From NCBI GenBank assembly GCA_001821155.1, contig MHSB01000044.1, positions 1 through 33,269 on the forward strand: a stretch of DNA of 33,269 bases, read 5' to 3'. A program made the position numbers and the translations under genes. The DNA comes from Candidatus Taylorbacteria bacterium RIFCSPLOWO2_01_FULL_50_130. Lineage in GTDB: Bacteria > Patescibacteriota > Minisyncoccia > Phycocordibacterales > UBA10002. Within the stretch, counting starts at the first letter, position 1, and each line of letters opens with the position of its first letter. Of this stretch, positions 23,831 through 33,269 are shown piece by piece. Under the pieces are notes generated by a model that did not search any database, was not told the origin of the DNA, and saw only the letters and a list, made by a program, of their open reading frames with translations.

Positions 23831-25098
23831 AAATATGATAGTGGATTGAGATATGCTTTTAAATCAGCGATTGGCATCGTGTAGCTTCCGCCGCACACGG
23901 CTGATTTGCGGCTCATTATACGAACACCTTGTGTCGCGTAGACGGTCAGATGCAGATGCGGGCCGGTTGCGTAGCCCGTCTCGCCGCTGTATCCGATTGT
24001 CTCTCCCGTGGAAACACGCTCCCCTTCACCGACTTTGATGAGCGAGAAGTGCGCATATAAAGTAGAAAGGCCGTTGTCGTGTTCAATAAGAATCCATTTT
24101 CCGTATGAGGCCCCGGGACAGACCGTATCGGTATCCCCCACTCCCTTCACGATGCCGCTTAATGCGGCCTTCACGCGCGTACCGGTCGGCGCTCTAAAAT
24201 CGACTCCATTATGGCCCTTCCCGTTGTACGCTCCGCTTTTTGCAAAAGCGGTATTACCGAACTCCTGCGTGATTGTTATGGAATCAAGAGGCCAATGCAA
24301 AACGCCGGAGCGGGCCGGGGGCAATTTAGATGGGTCAACGGTAAAGCGAAGCTCGGCTTCAAATTGCAAAAGCTCCCGTTCAAACGCGTCGCGTTTCGCG
24401 ACACGTTCAGCGAGTATCCGCCGGTATTCTGCTTCCCTATTTTTTGTGACAGAGAGAAGGTCTGCCTTTGCCCTCCTGTTTTGAGAGAGCAGCTGATTTT
24501 TGTCGGAAAGGTCTTCACGGAGAGAGAGCAGTCGCCTCCTGTTTGTCTCCGTTTCCGTCTGTGCGTTCTCAAGGCCGACCTTGAGTTCTTTGGTTCGCGC
24601 AAGGTCAGTCCGGATATGCCTCTCGAAACGCTCTATATCGTCAGTCGCGCTCCACACCGTTGAGAGCGAATCGCTTCCAAGCAGTATTTCAACCAGCGTT
24701 TTTCGCTCAAGTTCGGCAATATTTTGTATCGCCTCCTTAAGCGCGTCGCGACTATCTTTTATGCGCGCTTCTTTTACCAGTATGGCGTCTCCAAGTTCCT
24801 CAAGCCGCAAGTTCACCGCGGCAATCTTGTTTGACGTCAGCTTTATCTCGGCGCCGAGCTTTTTCTGTTCAAGGTCGATATTCTTTATCGTGCTTTGAAG
24901 AGTCTTTGTCTCTTTTCCCGTCGTTTCGATTTGTCTTTGATAGTCGGCGATTTCCTGCTCAAGCGATTCTATCGCCGCGTTGCGCTCGGCGATTTTACTT
25001 TGCAGTTCGGATATCGTCGCGCCCAACACAGCGCCGCCGTGCATCACCGGCAGGAGAAAACCCGTACCCACGACCAGAAAAAGCGAAAGACGCTTCAT
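23827..25098 (-). CDS. M23 metallopeptidase with long coiled coil (EnvC-like architecture)
   Basis: Signal peptide, coiled coil, HNGVD, YAH, TGPHLH zinc motifs intact. ATG 25098 is 6 nt after TACAAT. Confidence 0.9.
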   Translation of the reverse strand: MKRLSLFLVVGTGFLLPVMHGGAVLGATISELQSKIAERNAAIESLEQEIADYQRQIETTGKETKTLQSTIKNIDLEQKKLGAEIKLTSNKIAAVNLRLEELGDAILVKEARIKDSRDALKEAIQNIAELERKTLVEILLGSDSLSTVWSATDDIERFERHIRTDLARTKELKVGLENAQTETETNRRRLLSLREDLSDKNQLLSQNRRAKADLLSVTKNREAEYRRILAERVAKRDAFERELLQFEAELRFTVDPSKLPPARSGVLHWPLDSITITQEFGNTAFAKSGAYNGKGHNGVDFRAPTGTRVKAALSGIVKGVGDTDTVCPGASYGKWILIEHDNGLSTLYAHFSLIKVGEGERVSTGETIGYSGETGYATGPHLHLTVYATQGVRIMSRKSAVCGGSYTMPIADLKAYLNPLSYL

Positions 25099-25291
25099 CG
25101 GCATATTGTACGTTGAATCACGGACGGTGAGAAGCGCTTGAGAGGTCTTTGAATTGAGAAACTCCAGAAAACGTATGATGTTGGGAGACTCTCGAAGCGG
25201 GGCGGGACGAACGTGAGCTCTAAAACGCGCGGGATGCTATGGCGTTCCTCAAAAATCATGCGCTGAGGAAAGAATTTCGCAATTCAGCGTC

Positions 25292-25498
25292 TTAATGACT
25301 CGCCAGAACTCCCTGCCTTCCTAGGCAGGGATGAATGGCGGGTCAGCGAAAGGGGTCGGGGAAACTGTAGTTTCCCCGTGGAGGAGAGCAGTGAGCGAGT
25401 CTGCGAGCGAGCGTTGAGAACCGAGGGTTCTTAAAGGAAACTCCGCTCGCCGAACGCCCTGTGCTCCTGCACAGGGATAGGACGAGCGGAGTTTACGA
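25292..25498. mobile_element. 207-bp IS200/IS605-like (PATE-like) element, copy 2
   Basis: Direct repeat of 22130-22336; ends 3 nt from the gltX stop. Confidence 0.75.
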
Positions 25499-25501
25499 AA
25501 C

Positions 25502-26830
25502 CTATGCTTTGAGACGTTCGCACGCCGCTTTGAGACGGCGAACCGAGGTTGCTTTGCCAAGCATCGCGGCAAGCGTGAAGGGGTCCGGCGATGTTTGCTT
25601 GCCGGAGAGGGCGACGCGCATTGGCCAGAGCACATTTCCCTTCCCGTTTGCCTCGGCGTAGGGCATGACTGCCTCCCGAACGGCAGATTTCGTAAAGAAA
25701 GCCTCCGGCAGGGCCTCAATGAATGAGAGAATTTTCGGAAAATGGATGCCAGGTTCGCTCGTCGCCTTCTGCCACGTGAGAAGCTCCTTTGGATATTTTG
25801 GCTCGCGGAGCAAATAGTCATATTCTCCCCGCTCCATTGCATCTCGTACCTCGCCAAAAAAGCTGACGCGCTCAAAGAGCATCTCCGCTATCGCCTGCTT
25901 CTCGCCGGGGGCTCGCTCGCGTAAAAGCGTATCGGGAATATACGGCAAAATAGCTAGCGGCCCCCCGAGCCGTTCAATATGTTTCCGGTTTATCCAGCGA
26001 AGTTTCTCCTCATTGAAAATTGCGCCTCCCTTTTGTACCTTATCGAGGTCAAATTCGCGTATCAGTTCCTGCAAAGTGAACACTTCCTTCTCCCCCCCGG
26101 GATTCCAACCGAGCAACGCGAGATAATTGATAAACGCCTCGGGAAGATATCCCCTATCGCGGTATTCAGTGACGGAAACGGCGCCATGGCGTTTGGAGAG
26201 CTTGCTTTTGTCAGGGGCGAGGATAAGCGGAATGTGAACGTACACTGGTCGTGGAAAACCAAGGGCTTCCTGAAGCAGAATTTGCCTCGGCGTGTTGGAA
26301 ATGTGGTCTTCGCCACGGATGACGTGCGTTACGCCCATCTCATAATCGTCCACGACAACCGCTAGGTGATAGAGCGGCTCTTCAAGCGAACGTGCGATGA
26401 CCATGTCGCCAAGCTCTGTCGTATCAAATTCAATAGAATCTCTGATAAGGTCGTCAAACGCGATTTTTTTGTTCGGATTTTTGAAACGTATGACTTCCTG
26501 CCGCTTTCCCTCCGTTTCTTTTGAAAGATACGCCCGTCCTCCGGCAATCAATTCTTTCAGATACTTCCGATATGTGTCCTTCCGTTCGCTTTGCTTCCAA
26601 CACTTCGAACCGTCAGGTAATGCGTCAAGCGAAAATCCGAGCCATTGGAGCGAATCAAGAATATTTTGCTCGTATTCCTGCCTGGAGCGCTCTTCGTCAG
26701 TGTCCTCCAGCCGCAGATAAATCTTGCCGCCGTGATGTTTTGTGAACAAATAGTTGAAAAGCGCGGTTCTGGCGCCACCGATGTGCAAATTCCCGGTTGG
26801 AGACGGAGGGAAGCGAGTTACAATTTTCAT
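25502..26830 (-). CDS. gltX: Glutamate--tRNA ligase
   Basis: RFPPSPTGNLHIGG, RLEDTD, HVIRGEDH, KLSKR. Confidence 0.97.
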   Translation of the reverse strand: MKIVTRFPPSPTGNLHIGGARTALFNYLFTKHHGGKIYLRLEDTDEERSRQEYEQNILDSLQWLGFSLDALPDGSKCWKQSERKDTYRKYLKELIAGGRAYLSKETEGKRQEVIRFKNPNKKIAFDDLIRDSIEFDTTELGDMVIARSLEEPLYHLAVVVDDYEMGVTHVIRGEDHISNTPRQILLQEALGFPRPVYVHIPLILAPDKSKLSKRHGAVSVTEYRDRGYLPEAFINYLALLGWNPGGEKEVFTLQELIREFDLDKVQKGGAIFNEEKLRWINRKHIERLGGPLAILPYIPDTLLRERAPGEKQAIAEMLFERVSFFGEVRDAMERGEYDYLLREPKYPKELLTWQKATSEPGIHFPKILSFIEALPEAFFTKSAVREAVMPYAEANGKGNVLWPMRVALSGKQTSPDPFTLAAMLGKATSVRRLKAACERLKA

Positions 26831-26837
26831 CCGTCTA

Positions 26838-26866
26838 ATCCTAATCTAGCATTGTTTTAAGTGCAA
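26838..26866 (-). promoter_or_regulatory. Leaderless-type promoter of gltX
   Basis: TTGCAC-N17-TAGGAT, 7 nt before ATG. Confidence 0.5.
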
Positions 26867-26925
26867 TACTTGGAAAAGCTTCTTCTTGACTTTAATCCGA
26901 GGAATGGGATCGTCACAAGGATTTC

Positions 26926-28050
26926 TTACTTCTCATGCCTCAGCGCGATGTTCAAGATTTCCCGTGCGATGACTGAAGCGGCATCGGGTTTCGCAAAATG
27001 CGAAGCTCGCTTTGACATTTCCTCATGGCGGCCGCTATCTTCGAGGATTTTTCTCGCCTCATGTATAAGAATGCTCGCGGTCAGATTGTTCTCCTCAAGC
27101 ACCACAGCGGCTCCGTGCTCCGCATACGCATACGCATTTTCGCGCTGGTGGTCGCCGCTTGAAACGGGAAATGGGACCAATAGTGACGGTTTGCCCCATG
27201 CCGCTATTTCAAAAATGGTGGAGCCGGCGCGCGAGATGATGAGGCGAGCAATCCTGCCCGCTCTTCCCATCTGTGTAGTGCTAAGATACCCGATTGAATG
27301 GTAGCGGCGCTTAAAGGGATGATTCTGCAAAATTACCTCCGCCCGCGCCTGCATATCGGCAAGGTGCTCCTCGCCGGTCTGATGAATGACTTCAAACGTT
27401 AGCAGAAACTCCGGAAGCGCTTGGAGCACCGTCTCATTAAGCGCCGCGGAACCGAGCGAGCCGCCAAGCACAAGAATGACCTGTGTTTCTTCCTCCAGAC
27501 TCAACTCTTGTCGCAGAGACGCCGCCGCCGACAATAGGTCGCGACGAATGGGATTTCCAGTGTGAGCAACCCGTCCCTTAGGAAACGCGGAAAGCGCTTT
27601 TTCAAATGAAACCGCGACGCGCGCGGCAAATTTTCCGGCCCACCTATTGACCCGTCCTGGGACAGCGTCCGATTCGTGAATAAAAATCGGAATTTTCCAG
27701 AACCGCGCGGCAAAGAGCGCCGGAAAACTGCCAAATCCTCCCTTCCCTACCACTACGTCCGGATAGAGACGAAATATAAGCGTGGCGGCCTTGATCGTGG
27801 CAAACGCCGTTCTGAAAATATCGGTAATGTTCTTCAGTGAAAAGTAGCGACGAAACTTCCCGGTCGGGAGGGAAATAAACGTTATGCTGTTCTCAAACAA
27901 AAGGCCGGGGTCATATGGGTCCGGCGCCATGAAAAAGAGCGTTGGCGGGATGAGCCGCTCATCGCGCGAAATGGCATGCAATTCCTCTGCAATGGCAATG
28001 ATGGGGTAAAAGTGTCCGCCCGATCCACCGCCGGTGAAAAGTATCTTCAT
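26926..28050 (-). CDS. murG: Lipid II GlcNAc transferase MurG
   Basis: TGGGSGGH, HESD, TGNPIR, GGSLGS, SRAG, HQRENA. Confidence 0.96.
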   Translation of the reverse strand: MKILFTGGGSGGHFYPIIAIAEELHAISRDERLIPPTLFFMAPDPYDPGLLFENSITFISLPTGKFRRYFSLKNITDIFRTAFATIKAATLIFRLYPDVVVGKGGFGSFPALFAARFWKIPIFIHESDAVPGRVNRWAGKFAARVAVSFEKALSAFPKGRVAHTGNPIRRDLLSAAASLRQELSLEEETQVILVLGGSLGSAALNETVLQALPEFLLTFEVIHQTGEEHLADMQARAEVILQNHPFKRRYHSIGYLSTTQMGRAGRIARLIISRAGSTIFEIAAWGKPSLLVPFPVSSGDHQRENAYAYAEHGAAVVLEENNLTASILIHEARKILEDSGRHEEMSKRASHFAKPDAASVIAREILNIALRHEK

Positions 28051-28120
28051 AGTTTATTCGCTTACTAGCTTACTAGCTTTTTGGAATCGACTAAACAGCT
28101 AGGAAGCTAATAAGCTAAGC
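28051..28120. repeat. Inverted short-unit array in ftsW-murG spacer
   Basis: cttactagcttactagct ... agctaggaagctaataagctaag. Confidence 0.6.
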
Positions 28121-29236
28121 AGCTGATTTCTGGTATCGAGAAATGTTGAGTAGTATTCCCGTCTCAAACAGCGTGATAACCAGCGCTGTTCCGCCGTGGC
28201 TTATGAACGCGAGCGGCAGACCCGAGAGCGGAATAATAGCCAACATGGAACCCATATTCATGAACGCGGAGGCCCCTATGAGTATAACAATTCCAATAGA
28301 AAGCAGTCCACTAAAGAGATCCGGCGCGCGCGACGCGATACGGAGGCCCCGCAAGAAAAACGCAAGGAAAATCCCGATGAGCGCGACGCTACCGAGAAAT
28401 CCGAACTCTTCGGCCGCAACCGCGAATATGGAATCCCCGATCGGTTCGGGAAGGTATGAAAACTTCTGCACACTTTGCCCAAATCCCCTTCCCGAGAACC
28501 CGCCGGAACCGATTGCGATAAGCGATTGATTCACCTGCCATCCCGCGCCCTGCACGTCGGTCGCCGGTTCAAGAAAAGTGGTGACGCGCTCCTTAAGATA
28601 TGGCCTCCAATACACAAGCGCGGCAAGTCCGATAAGGCCGATAAGCAAGACAGCGCACACATGACGCCATCTGCCGCCCCACGCGATGAACATGGAAAGG
28701 AGCGCCGCAAATAGTACGATGAAGGTATCCGTATCTGGCTGCAGTAAAAGAAGGGCGCCGGCAACGGAAGAAAGCAAAAGAAGCAGCAGCGGACCGCGTG
28801 AAAAAATCCGACTTTTTTCCTTCATCGCCGAAAGAATAGCCGCCGCATAGATGACGAATGCGAGCTTCAAAAGTTCCGCCGGCTGAAATGACAGACCAAA
28901 AATGGAAATCCAACGCCGCGCGCCGCCGTGTTCCACTCCCACGCCGGGAATGAACACAAGAATGGAGAGTGCAGTGGAGAACAGAAGGAACGGCAGCGTG
29001 AGTCGGCGAAGTTTCTTGTAGTGAAATAAAGACGCCATGTAGGCGGCGCAGATGCCTATTGTGGTCGCGAGGAGACGCGAGATAATGATACTCTTGAAAG
29101 AGGCTCCCTCCCGCGCGTGCAATCCGATGGAAGCAGAGAGAAAAATAAAGAAACCCGCGGCGATAAGGCCTATCAGTATCCACAGGAGCCACCGGTCGAC
29201 CGGGTCGGATGTTTTAAGATATGTTCGCAATAGCAT
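28115..29236 (-). CDS. ftsW: SEDS peptidoglycan polymerase FtsW
   Basis: GARRWI, QPAELLK, LLQPD, YLPE, EEFG, FISHGGT; lies between mraY and murG. Confidence 0.92.
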   Translation of the reverse strand: MLLRTYLKTSDPVDRWLLWILIGLIAAGFFIFLSASIGLHAREGASFKSIIISRLLATTIGICAAYMASLFHYKKLRRLTLPFLLFSTALSILVFIPGVGVEHGGARRWISIFGLSFQPAELLKLAFVIYAAAILSAMKEKSRIFSRGPLLLLLLSSVAGALLLLQPDTDTFIVLFAALLSMFIAWGGRWRHVCAVLLIGLIGLAALVYWRPYLKERVTTFLEPATDVQGAGWQVNQSLIAIGSGGFSGRGFGQSVQKFSYLPEPIGDSIFAVAAEEFGFLGSVALIGIFLAFFLRGLRIASRAPDLFSGLLSIGIVILIGASAFMNMGSMLAIIPLSGLPLAFISHGGTALVITLFETGILLNISRYQKSAA

Positions 29237-29249
29237 CTATAAAAAACTA

Positions 29250-29391
29250 GGACTCGTTTCAAAACCCTATTCGCTGTCTGCAAAAGCCGCCTCTGCGCAG
29301 ACAGGCAATCCAAAGATTCGCAGTATTCGAATCGACGATGCGGAATGGGTTCTTAAACAATAGCGCCACGGTAGGATTTTGAAATGAGTTC
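29250..29391. mobile_element. Degenerate MITE between mraY and ftsW
   Basis: GGACTCGTTTCAAAACCCTA...TAGGATTTTGAAATGAGTTC imperfect TIR, TA on both sides; overlaps the mraY stop. Confidence 0.6.
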
Positions 29392-30449
29392 TAACTTACT
29401 AACGTCAGCGTGAGGCCAATAATGGCGAATATGACCGAAAGCACCCAGTACCGCATCGTCACCTTGTATGACGGCCAGCCAATGGCCTCAAAATGATGAT
29501 GTAGCGGCGATATAACAAAAAGCTTCTTGCCGAAAAGTCGCCGGTACAGGCGCTGCAGAATGACCGACGCGCTCGTCGCAAAGAGCGGAAGGGCGATGAG
29601 CGGAAGCGCGAAAAGTCCCTCGCCGTCTCCCAGCGAATCCGTCATAAACGCAATGACCGAAAGGCAAAGCGTCAAAGCCATGCTTCCGGTTTCCGACATA
29701 TAAAATCGCGCCGGAGGAATGTTAAACCAAAGAAACGCAAGAATGCCGCCCACGACCGCTGCGGAAAAGGCGGCAAGGTTGATCTGCGCCTGGAAGAAGG
29801 CGATGGCTCCATAGGCGCCGAAGATAACGGCAAAGATTCCTCCGGCCAGTCCGTCTATGCCGTCTATGATGCCCCCCGAATAGACGGCGAGTATGACGAG
29901 GACGAAAAGCGGGACAATGAGTGTACCAACATAAAGCTCCCCTAAAAAGGGAAGCCCGACCGAGACCACGTCGAGCTTGTAATGAAACCAAAGGCCGAGG
30001 AGAATGCCCACGGCGGAAACAATAAGGAGCCGTTTTTTAAGCGAAAGGCCGCCTGCACGGTTGTCCTTGATGCCTTGTATTTCGAGCATGTCATCTACGA
30101 GGCCTATCACGGCTCCGATGAGAAGCGCGGTGAGCGGAATCCATGTTTGGTCCCGGCTTAGAAAATCCAGTTTCGCGAGGAGCGGAACATTGGCGATTGC
30201 TCCGGCCGCAGAAACGGCAAAGACAGCGAGCGTCGCGGAAAACCAAATGACGATACCGCCCATCCTCGGCGTCCCAGTCTCGCGGTGTTCATGCAATTTG
30301 TTGAAGAGCGGCGCGTCGCTTCCTTTGCCAGCGCTCTTTTTCCACATCTTTCTCGCGTACAATTCATGGGAAAGAATCGGGGTAATGCCGATGCCGATGG
30401 CGAACGAGAGAAGCGCCGGTATAAATATTTTTATGAGGTCTAGAAGCAT
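29391..30449 (-). CDS. mraY: Phospho-N-acetylmuramoyl-pentapeptide transferase
   Basis: GTPRMGG, GLVDD, DGIDGLA, WFNIPPARFYM, PLHHHFE. Confidence 0.95.
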   Translation of the reverse strand: MLLDLIKIFIPALLSFAIGIGITPILSHELYARKMWKKSAGKGSDAPLFNKLHEHRETGTPRMGGIVIWFSATLAVFAVSAAGAIANVPLLAKLDFLSRDQTWIPLTALLIGAVIGLVDDMLEIQGIKDNRAGGLSLKKRLLIVSAVGILLGLWFHYKLDVVSVGLPFLGELYVGTLIVPLFVLVILAVYSGGIIDGIDGLAGGIFAVIFGAYGAIAFFQAQINLAAFSAAVVGGILAFLWFNIPPARFYMSETGSMALTLCLSVIAFMTDSLGDGEGLFALPLIALPLFATSASVILQRLYRRLFGKKLFVISPLHHHFEAIGWPSYKVTMRYWVLSVIFAIIGLTLTLVS

Positions 30450-30502
30450 GAATTATGAAATAAGAATTATGAATTATGAATGAAGAAGAAAAAAGACATT
30501 TC

Positions 30503-30646
30503 TAGGACTTACGCAATCGGCGTCATTCCCGTGAAGCTTGTCCTCGCGAAGGCGGGGAACGGGAATCCAGGGCTCTAAAAAACGGCCACATACTGGATTC
30601 CCGCCTACGCGGGAATGACAGAAAATGACGAAACGCGTAAGTCCTA
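30503..30646. mobile_element. MITE with TAGGACTTACGC termini, copy 2 (144 bp)
   Basis: Same TIR and body as 15205-15371, 23 bp shorter; sits in the loop of an inverted AATTATG/AATTCAT heptamer array (about 30450-30680). Confidence 0.85.
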
Positions 30647-30673
30647 ATTTCCTTAATTCATACTTCTTGATTC

Positions 30674-31639
30674 TTAATTCTGCTGGAGGAACTCCAGTGT
30701 TGCCCACACGAGCTTTCGAACATCGTTGAACCGCTCATCAATCGTGGAGCCCAAGACGGAAATAACGATTGGGTAATTAAAACCTGCGTCGAATGCAATA
30801 ACCAGGTTCCCGCCGGCAAGGTCGGTATACCCGGTCTTGCTCGCAATAAGCAAGGGCAGAGTATCGACCTCCTTGTTGGTATTTTGTGCAGAATAGCGGC
30901 CGCCATTTTCGTTTCCGAATTCAAGTTCGCTCCATCTCGTCTCCGCGAAAACCGCCGGAAATTGCAGAAGTGCGTACGCAAGCAGGCGGGCTGTTTCCTT
31001 CCCGGAGCTTACCGCTCCTGGGTGCGTCTCGTCGATGTCCAGTCCGCTCTCATTGAAAAAGCGCGTGGATGAGAGACCGAGACGGGCGGCTTCTTCGTTC
31101 ATCTTCTCGATGAATAGTCGGCGGTGGTCCTCGTCGGAGAGAGCGCGTACGGCAAGCATTTCTCCAATCGCGGAAGAAACCGCGGCGGCCGCATCATTGG
31201 AAGATTCCAGAAGCATGAATTTGAGGAGGTCGCGAAGGAGCCACCGTTCGCCGACTACAAGTCCGCTGTCTCCCTCCTCTTTGATTGCCTGCGGGGCGAT
31301 AGTAATGTACGTCGTTTCCGGAATAAGGGAAAGTGCTACCGCGGCAGTCATGATTTTCGTTATTGAGGCGAGCGCAAGCGGTTCCGTTTCATTTTTTGCA
31401 AACAATGTTTTCCCTGCCCTAGCATCAAAAACATAGGCGGCCCTGGCGGCAAGCTCAATTGCCTGATATGGGTTTTCGCGCGGCTCGTCGTAGATTGCAG
31501 CTGCCGCGACAAAACCCCCATGGGCGTCGGGAAGCTCCTTCCCTGGTAATAAAATCGAAAAGAAGGCGAGCAGCATCGCCATCCAGAAGAAAATTTCCGG
31601 AGGCGCGTATCTTTGAAATTGGTAGAGTCCGTTACGCAT
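30674..31639 (-). CDS. D-alanyl-D-alanine carboxypeptidase (peptidase S11)
   Basis: SxxK (ASITK), SxN (SSND), KTG motifs; N-terminal TM. Confidence 0.9.
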   Translation of the reverse strand: MRNGLYQFQRYAPPEIFFWMAMLLAFFSILLPGKELPDAHGGFVAAAAIYDEPRENPYQAIELAARAAYVFDARAGKTLFAKNETEPLALASITKIMTAAVALSLIPETTYITIAPQAIKEEGDSGLVVGERWLLRDLLKFMLLESSNDAAAAVSSAIGEMLAVRALSDEDHRRLFIEKMNEEAARLGLSSTRFFNESGLDIDETHPGAVSSGKETARLLAYALLQFPAVFAETRWSELEFGNENGGRYSAQNTNKEVDTLPLLIASKTGYTDLAGGNLVIAFDAGFNYPIVISVLGSTIDERFNDVRKLVWATLEFLQQN

Positions 31640-32237
31640 GTGATGTATCTCCTGGAGCTACTCCTACCGCAAGAGCTTCGCTAGAGAGTATTCCTTCTTC
31701 CGAAGGCGCGGCCGCTGCCATGTCGAGTTCCTTGCGTACGGCCGCAAATTCGGGCAAATCCTCCAACTTCGGAATGCCCAGAAGCGCACAGAGCTCCACG
31801 CTGGCACGGTAGAGAAACTGCCGCTCGTCTATCTCGCTCTGTTTCCTCTCCACAAGACCTCGTATGAGGAGATTCCTAAGTATCGCCGTTGAGTTGATGC
31901 CGCGTATATATTCTATCTCTCGTCGGTTCAGCGGTCCTTTATAGAGAATGATGGAAAGCGTCTCAAGCGCCGCTTTGCTTAGTTCTCCTGAAAGCTCCTC
32001 TTTGCGCGCCCGTTCAATAAGTTCATGCGCTCCGGAGGCGGTAGAAAGCGCGATGTCTTCTCCAGTCTGAATAAGCGCGATGCCGTTCCCTTCCAATTTC
32101 CCTTGCAATATCTTGAGTGCATTTTTTATATCGGCCGACGGCAGTTTGAATACACGGCAGAGTTCCGCGAGCGTCATCGGCTCGCCTTTCCAGAACAACA
32201 ACGCTTCTATTTGGGCATAAAGTTCCATAGGATTCAA
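31632..32237 (-). CDS. scpB: SMC-Scp complex subunit ScpB
   Basis: IEALLF, LSKAALETLSIILYK, IEYIRGINS, LEDLP. Confidence 0.93.
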   Translation of the reverse strand: MNPMELYAQIEALLFWKGEPMTLAELCRVFKLPSADIKNALKILQGKLEGNGIALIQTGEDIALSTASGAHELIERARKEELSGELSKAALETLSIILYKGPLNRREIEYIRGINSTAILRNLLIRGLVERKQSEIDERQFLYRASVELCALLGIPKLEDLPEFAAVRKELDMAAAAPSEEGILSSEALAVGVAPGDTSHA

Positions 32238-32243
32238 TGACTT

Positions 32244-32338
32244 TAGGACTTACGCGTTTAACCAATGATGGCTATGTTCTCATTCTGTCATTCCTGCGGA
32301 AGCAGGAATCCAGGCCTTAAAATGATGCCCTGGATTCC
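32244..32338. mobile_element. Truncated, inverted third member of the TAGGACTTACGC MITE family
   Basis: TAGGACTTACGCGTT, then TCTGTCATTCCTGCGGAAGCAGGAATCCAG...CTGGATTCC; second TIR missing. Confidence 0.6.
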
Positions 32339-32396
32339 AATTCCACGAAATTTCTGCCCTCGTTATTCAGTCATTCAGTTATACGTTATATGTTAT

Positions 32397-33116
32397 TCAG
32401 TAGTGTGGCACATCCACACGTTCCGTTTCCATCATAATGTTTCCGTGCGGCGCATCTTGAGTCGCCGTGATTATACCTTCTTTTATCAGCTCAAGCATCG
32501 CCAAAAACCCCACAATTACTTGTACGCGGTTTCCCCTAAGGGCGCCGGCAAATTCCTTGAAACTTATTCGAAGCGCCGAGGAAACGCGTTCCTTCAATTT
32601 CTCTATCATCTGTTCAATGCTTATCGCTTTGCCTACAACCACCCTCTGGAGCGCCTCCGCCTTCGGCAGCGCCGCGATAATCGATTTCACGGCGCGAAGA
32701 AGGGTCGCCACCGACACACTGCGTGGAGGAGCGAATATCGGCTCCCTGTTCCTCTCCCGCGGAAGGTATAATGGCGAGCGTCCAAATAGCCGCCGCACGT
32801 GTCTCCCCAGTTCCCGAAAACGCTGCAGGAGTTTCAGGCGGCGCTCAAGTTCATCAATGCTCTCGGTTTCTTCCTCCGACAGCGCGAACTGCGGAAGAAG
32901 AGCTCGAGACTTTATGAGAAGCAAAGTCGAGACAATAAAGGCGAATTCAGCGCTTTCGGCAATTGAAATATCAGGGCGGTCCTTCGCGTACAGCAAAAAA
33001 TCATCCGTCACGCGGGAAAGGGCGATGTCGCTGATGTGGAGCTGTTTCTTCTCTATGACGGTAAGCAAAAGGTCGAGCGGCCCCTCAAATTTTTCCTGTT
33101 TGATTTCAAAAACCAT
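32397..33116 (-). CDS. scpA: Segregation/condensation protein A
   Basis: FEGPLDLLL, LLIKSRALLP, FLAMLELIK. Confidence 0.94.
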   Translation of the reverse strand: MVFEIKQEKFEGPLDLLLTVIEKKQLHISDIALSRVTDDFLLYAKDRPDISIAESAEFAFIVSTLLLIKSRALLPQFALSEEETESIDELERRLKLLQRFRELGRHVRRLFGRSPLYLPRERNREPIFAPPRSVSVATLLRAVKSIIAALPKAEALQRVVVGKAISIEQMIEKLKERVSSALRISFKEFAGALRGNRVQVIVGFLAMLELIKEGIITATQDAPHGNIMMETERVDVPHY

Positions 33117-33198
33117 CGCAAAATAGTAAGTAGATAGTAACTGGTGTCAGCAGCATGCGGAAAGGAAACGTTGCCCCGCTATAGGCCATAAATAACTG

Positions 33199-33267
33199 TT
33201 ACCGAAATCTCTGGTTACCGCGGGCGCGTTTTTGAATGCGAAAAATCTTTGTAATCAGGGTATCAAT
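33199..33267 (-). mobile_element. Probable 3' end of a transposase of the same family as 3424-3723 (truncated by window)
   Basis: IDTLITKIFRIQKRARGNQRFR* aligns with IDRRTQKVFAIQKRHGKPRKM*. Confidence 0.45.
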
Positions 33268-33269
33268 CT

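Noticed and set aside
22459..25104. Prophage or integron around the tyrosine recombinase
   Set aside because: No phage genes, attC-like cassette array or evident IntI-specific insertion; the protein looks like a chromosomal Xer, and tRNA-Pro has no duplicated 3' end in the window.
25150..25286. Inverted repeat TGAATTGAGAAACT / AATTTCGCAATTCA
   Set aside because: 12/14 match only, no TSD or second copy; may be an old MITE but unsupported.

Overview
Chromosomal fragment of what appears to be a Patescibacteria (CPR, Parcubacteria-like) genome using the standard bacterial code; the taxon is inferred from gene content, the short AlaS and the scarcity of Shine-Dalgarno motifs. The left ~22 kb is almost all + strand: mnmA end, two nucleases, pcm, alaS, an FtsA-like/membrane protein pair, infA-rpmJ-rpsM-rpsK-rpsD-rpoA-rplQ-rplM-rpsI, grpE-orf-dnaK, dnaJ, a CapA-family gene, tRNA-Pro, a DEDDh exonuclease and a lytic transglycosylase-like gene. 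The right ~11 kb is all - strand: scpA-scpB-DD-carboxypeptidase-mraY-ftsW-murG, gltX, an M23 peptidase and a Xer-like recombinase. Intergenic DNA is crowded with small palindromic elements (several MITE types, two identical 207-bp IS200/IS605-like copies, REP-like hairpins, inverted 6-8-mer arrays), plus a pilin pseudogene and two transposase remnants. Best leads: (1) a 100-aa ORF ending in an arrest-peptide-like RAP motif followed by a ~320-nt structured region upstream of dnaK; (2) an 11-6-11 dif-like site overlapping the promoter of the single Xer gene where gene orientation converges; (3) stop-to-start inverted-repeat hairpins at most ribosomal-operon junctions. All calls were made by eye, with no database searches or folding computations.
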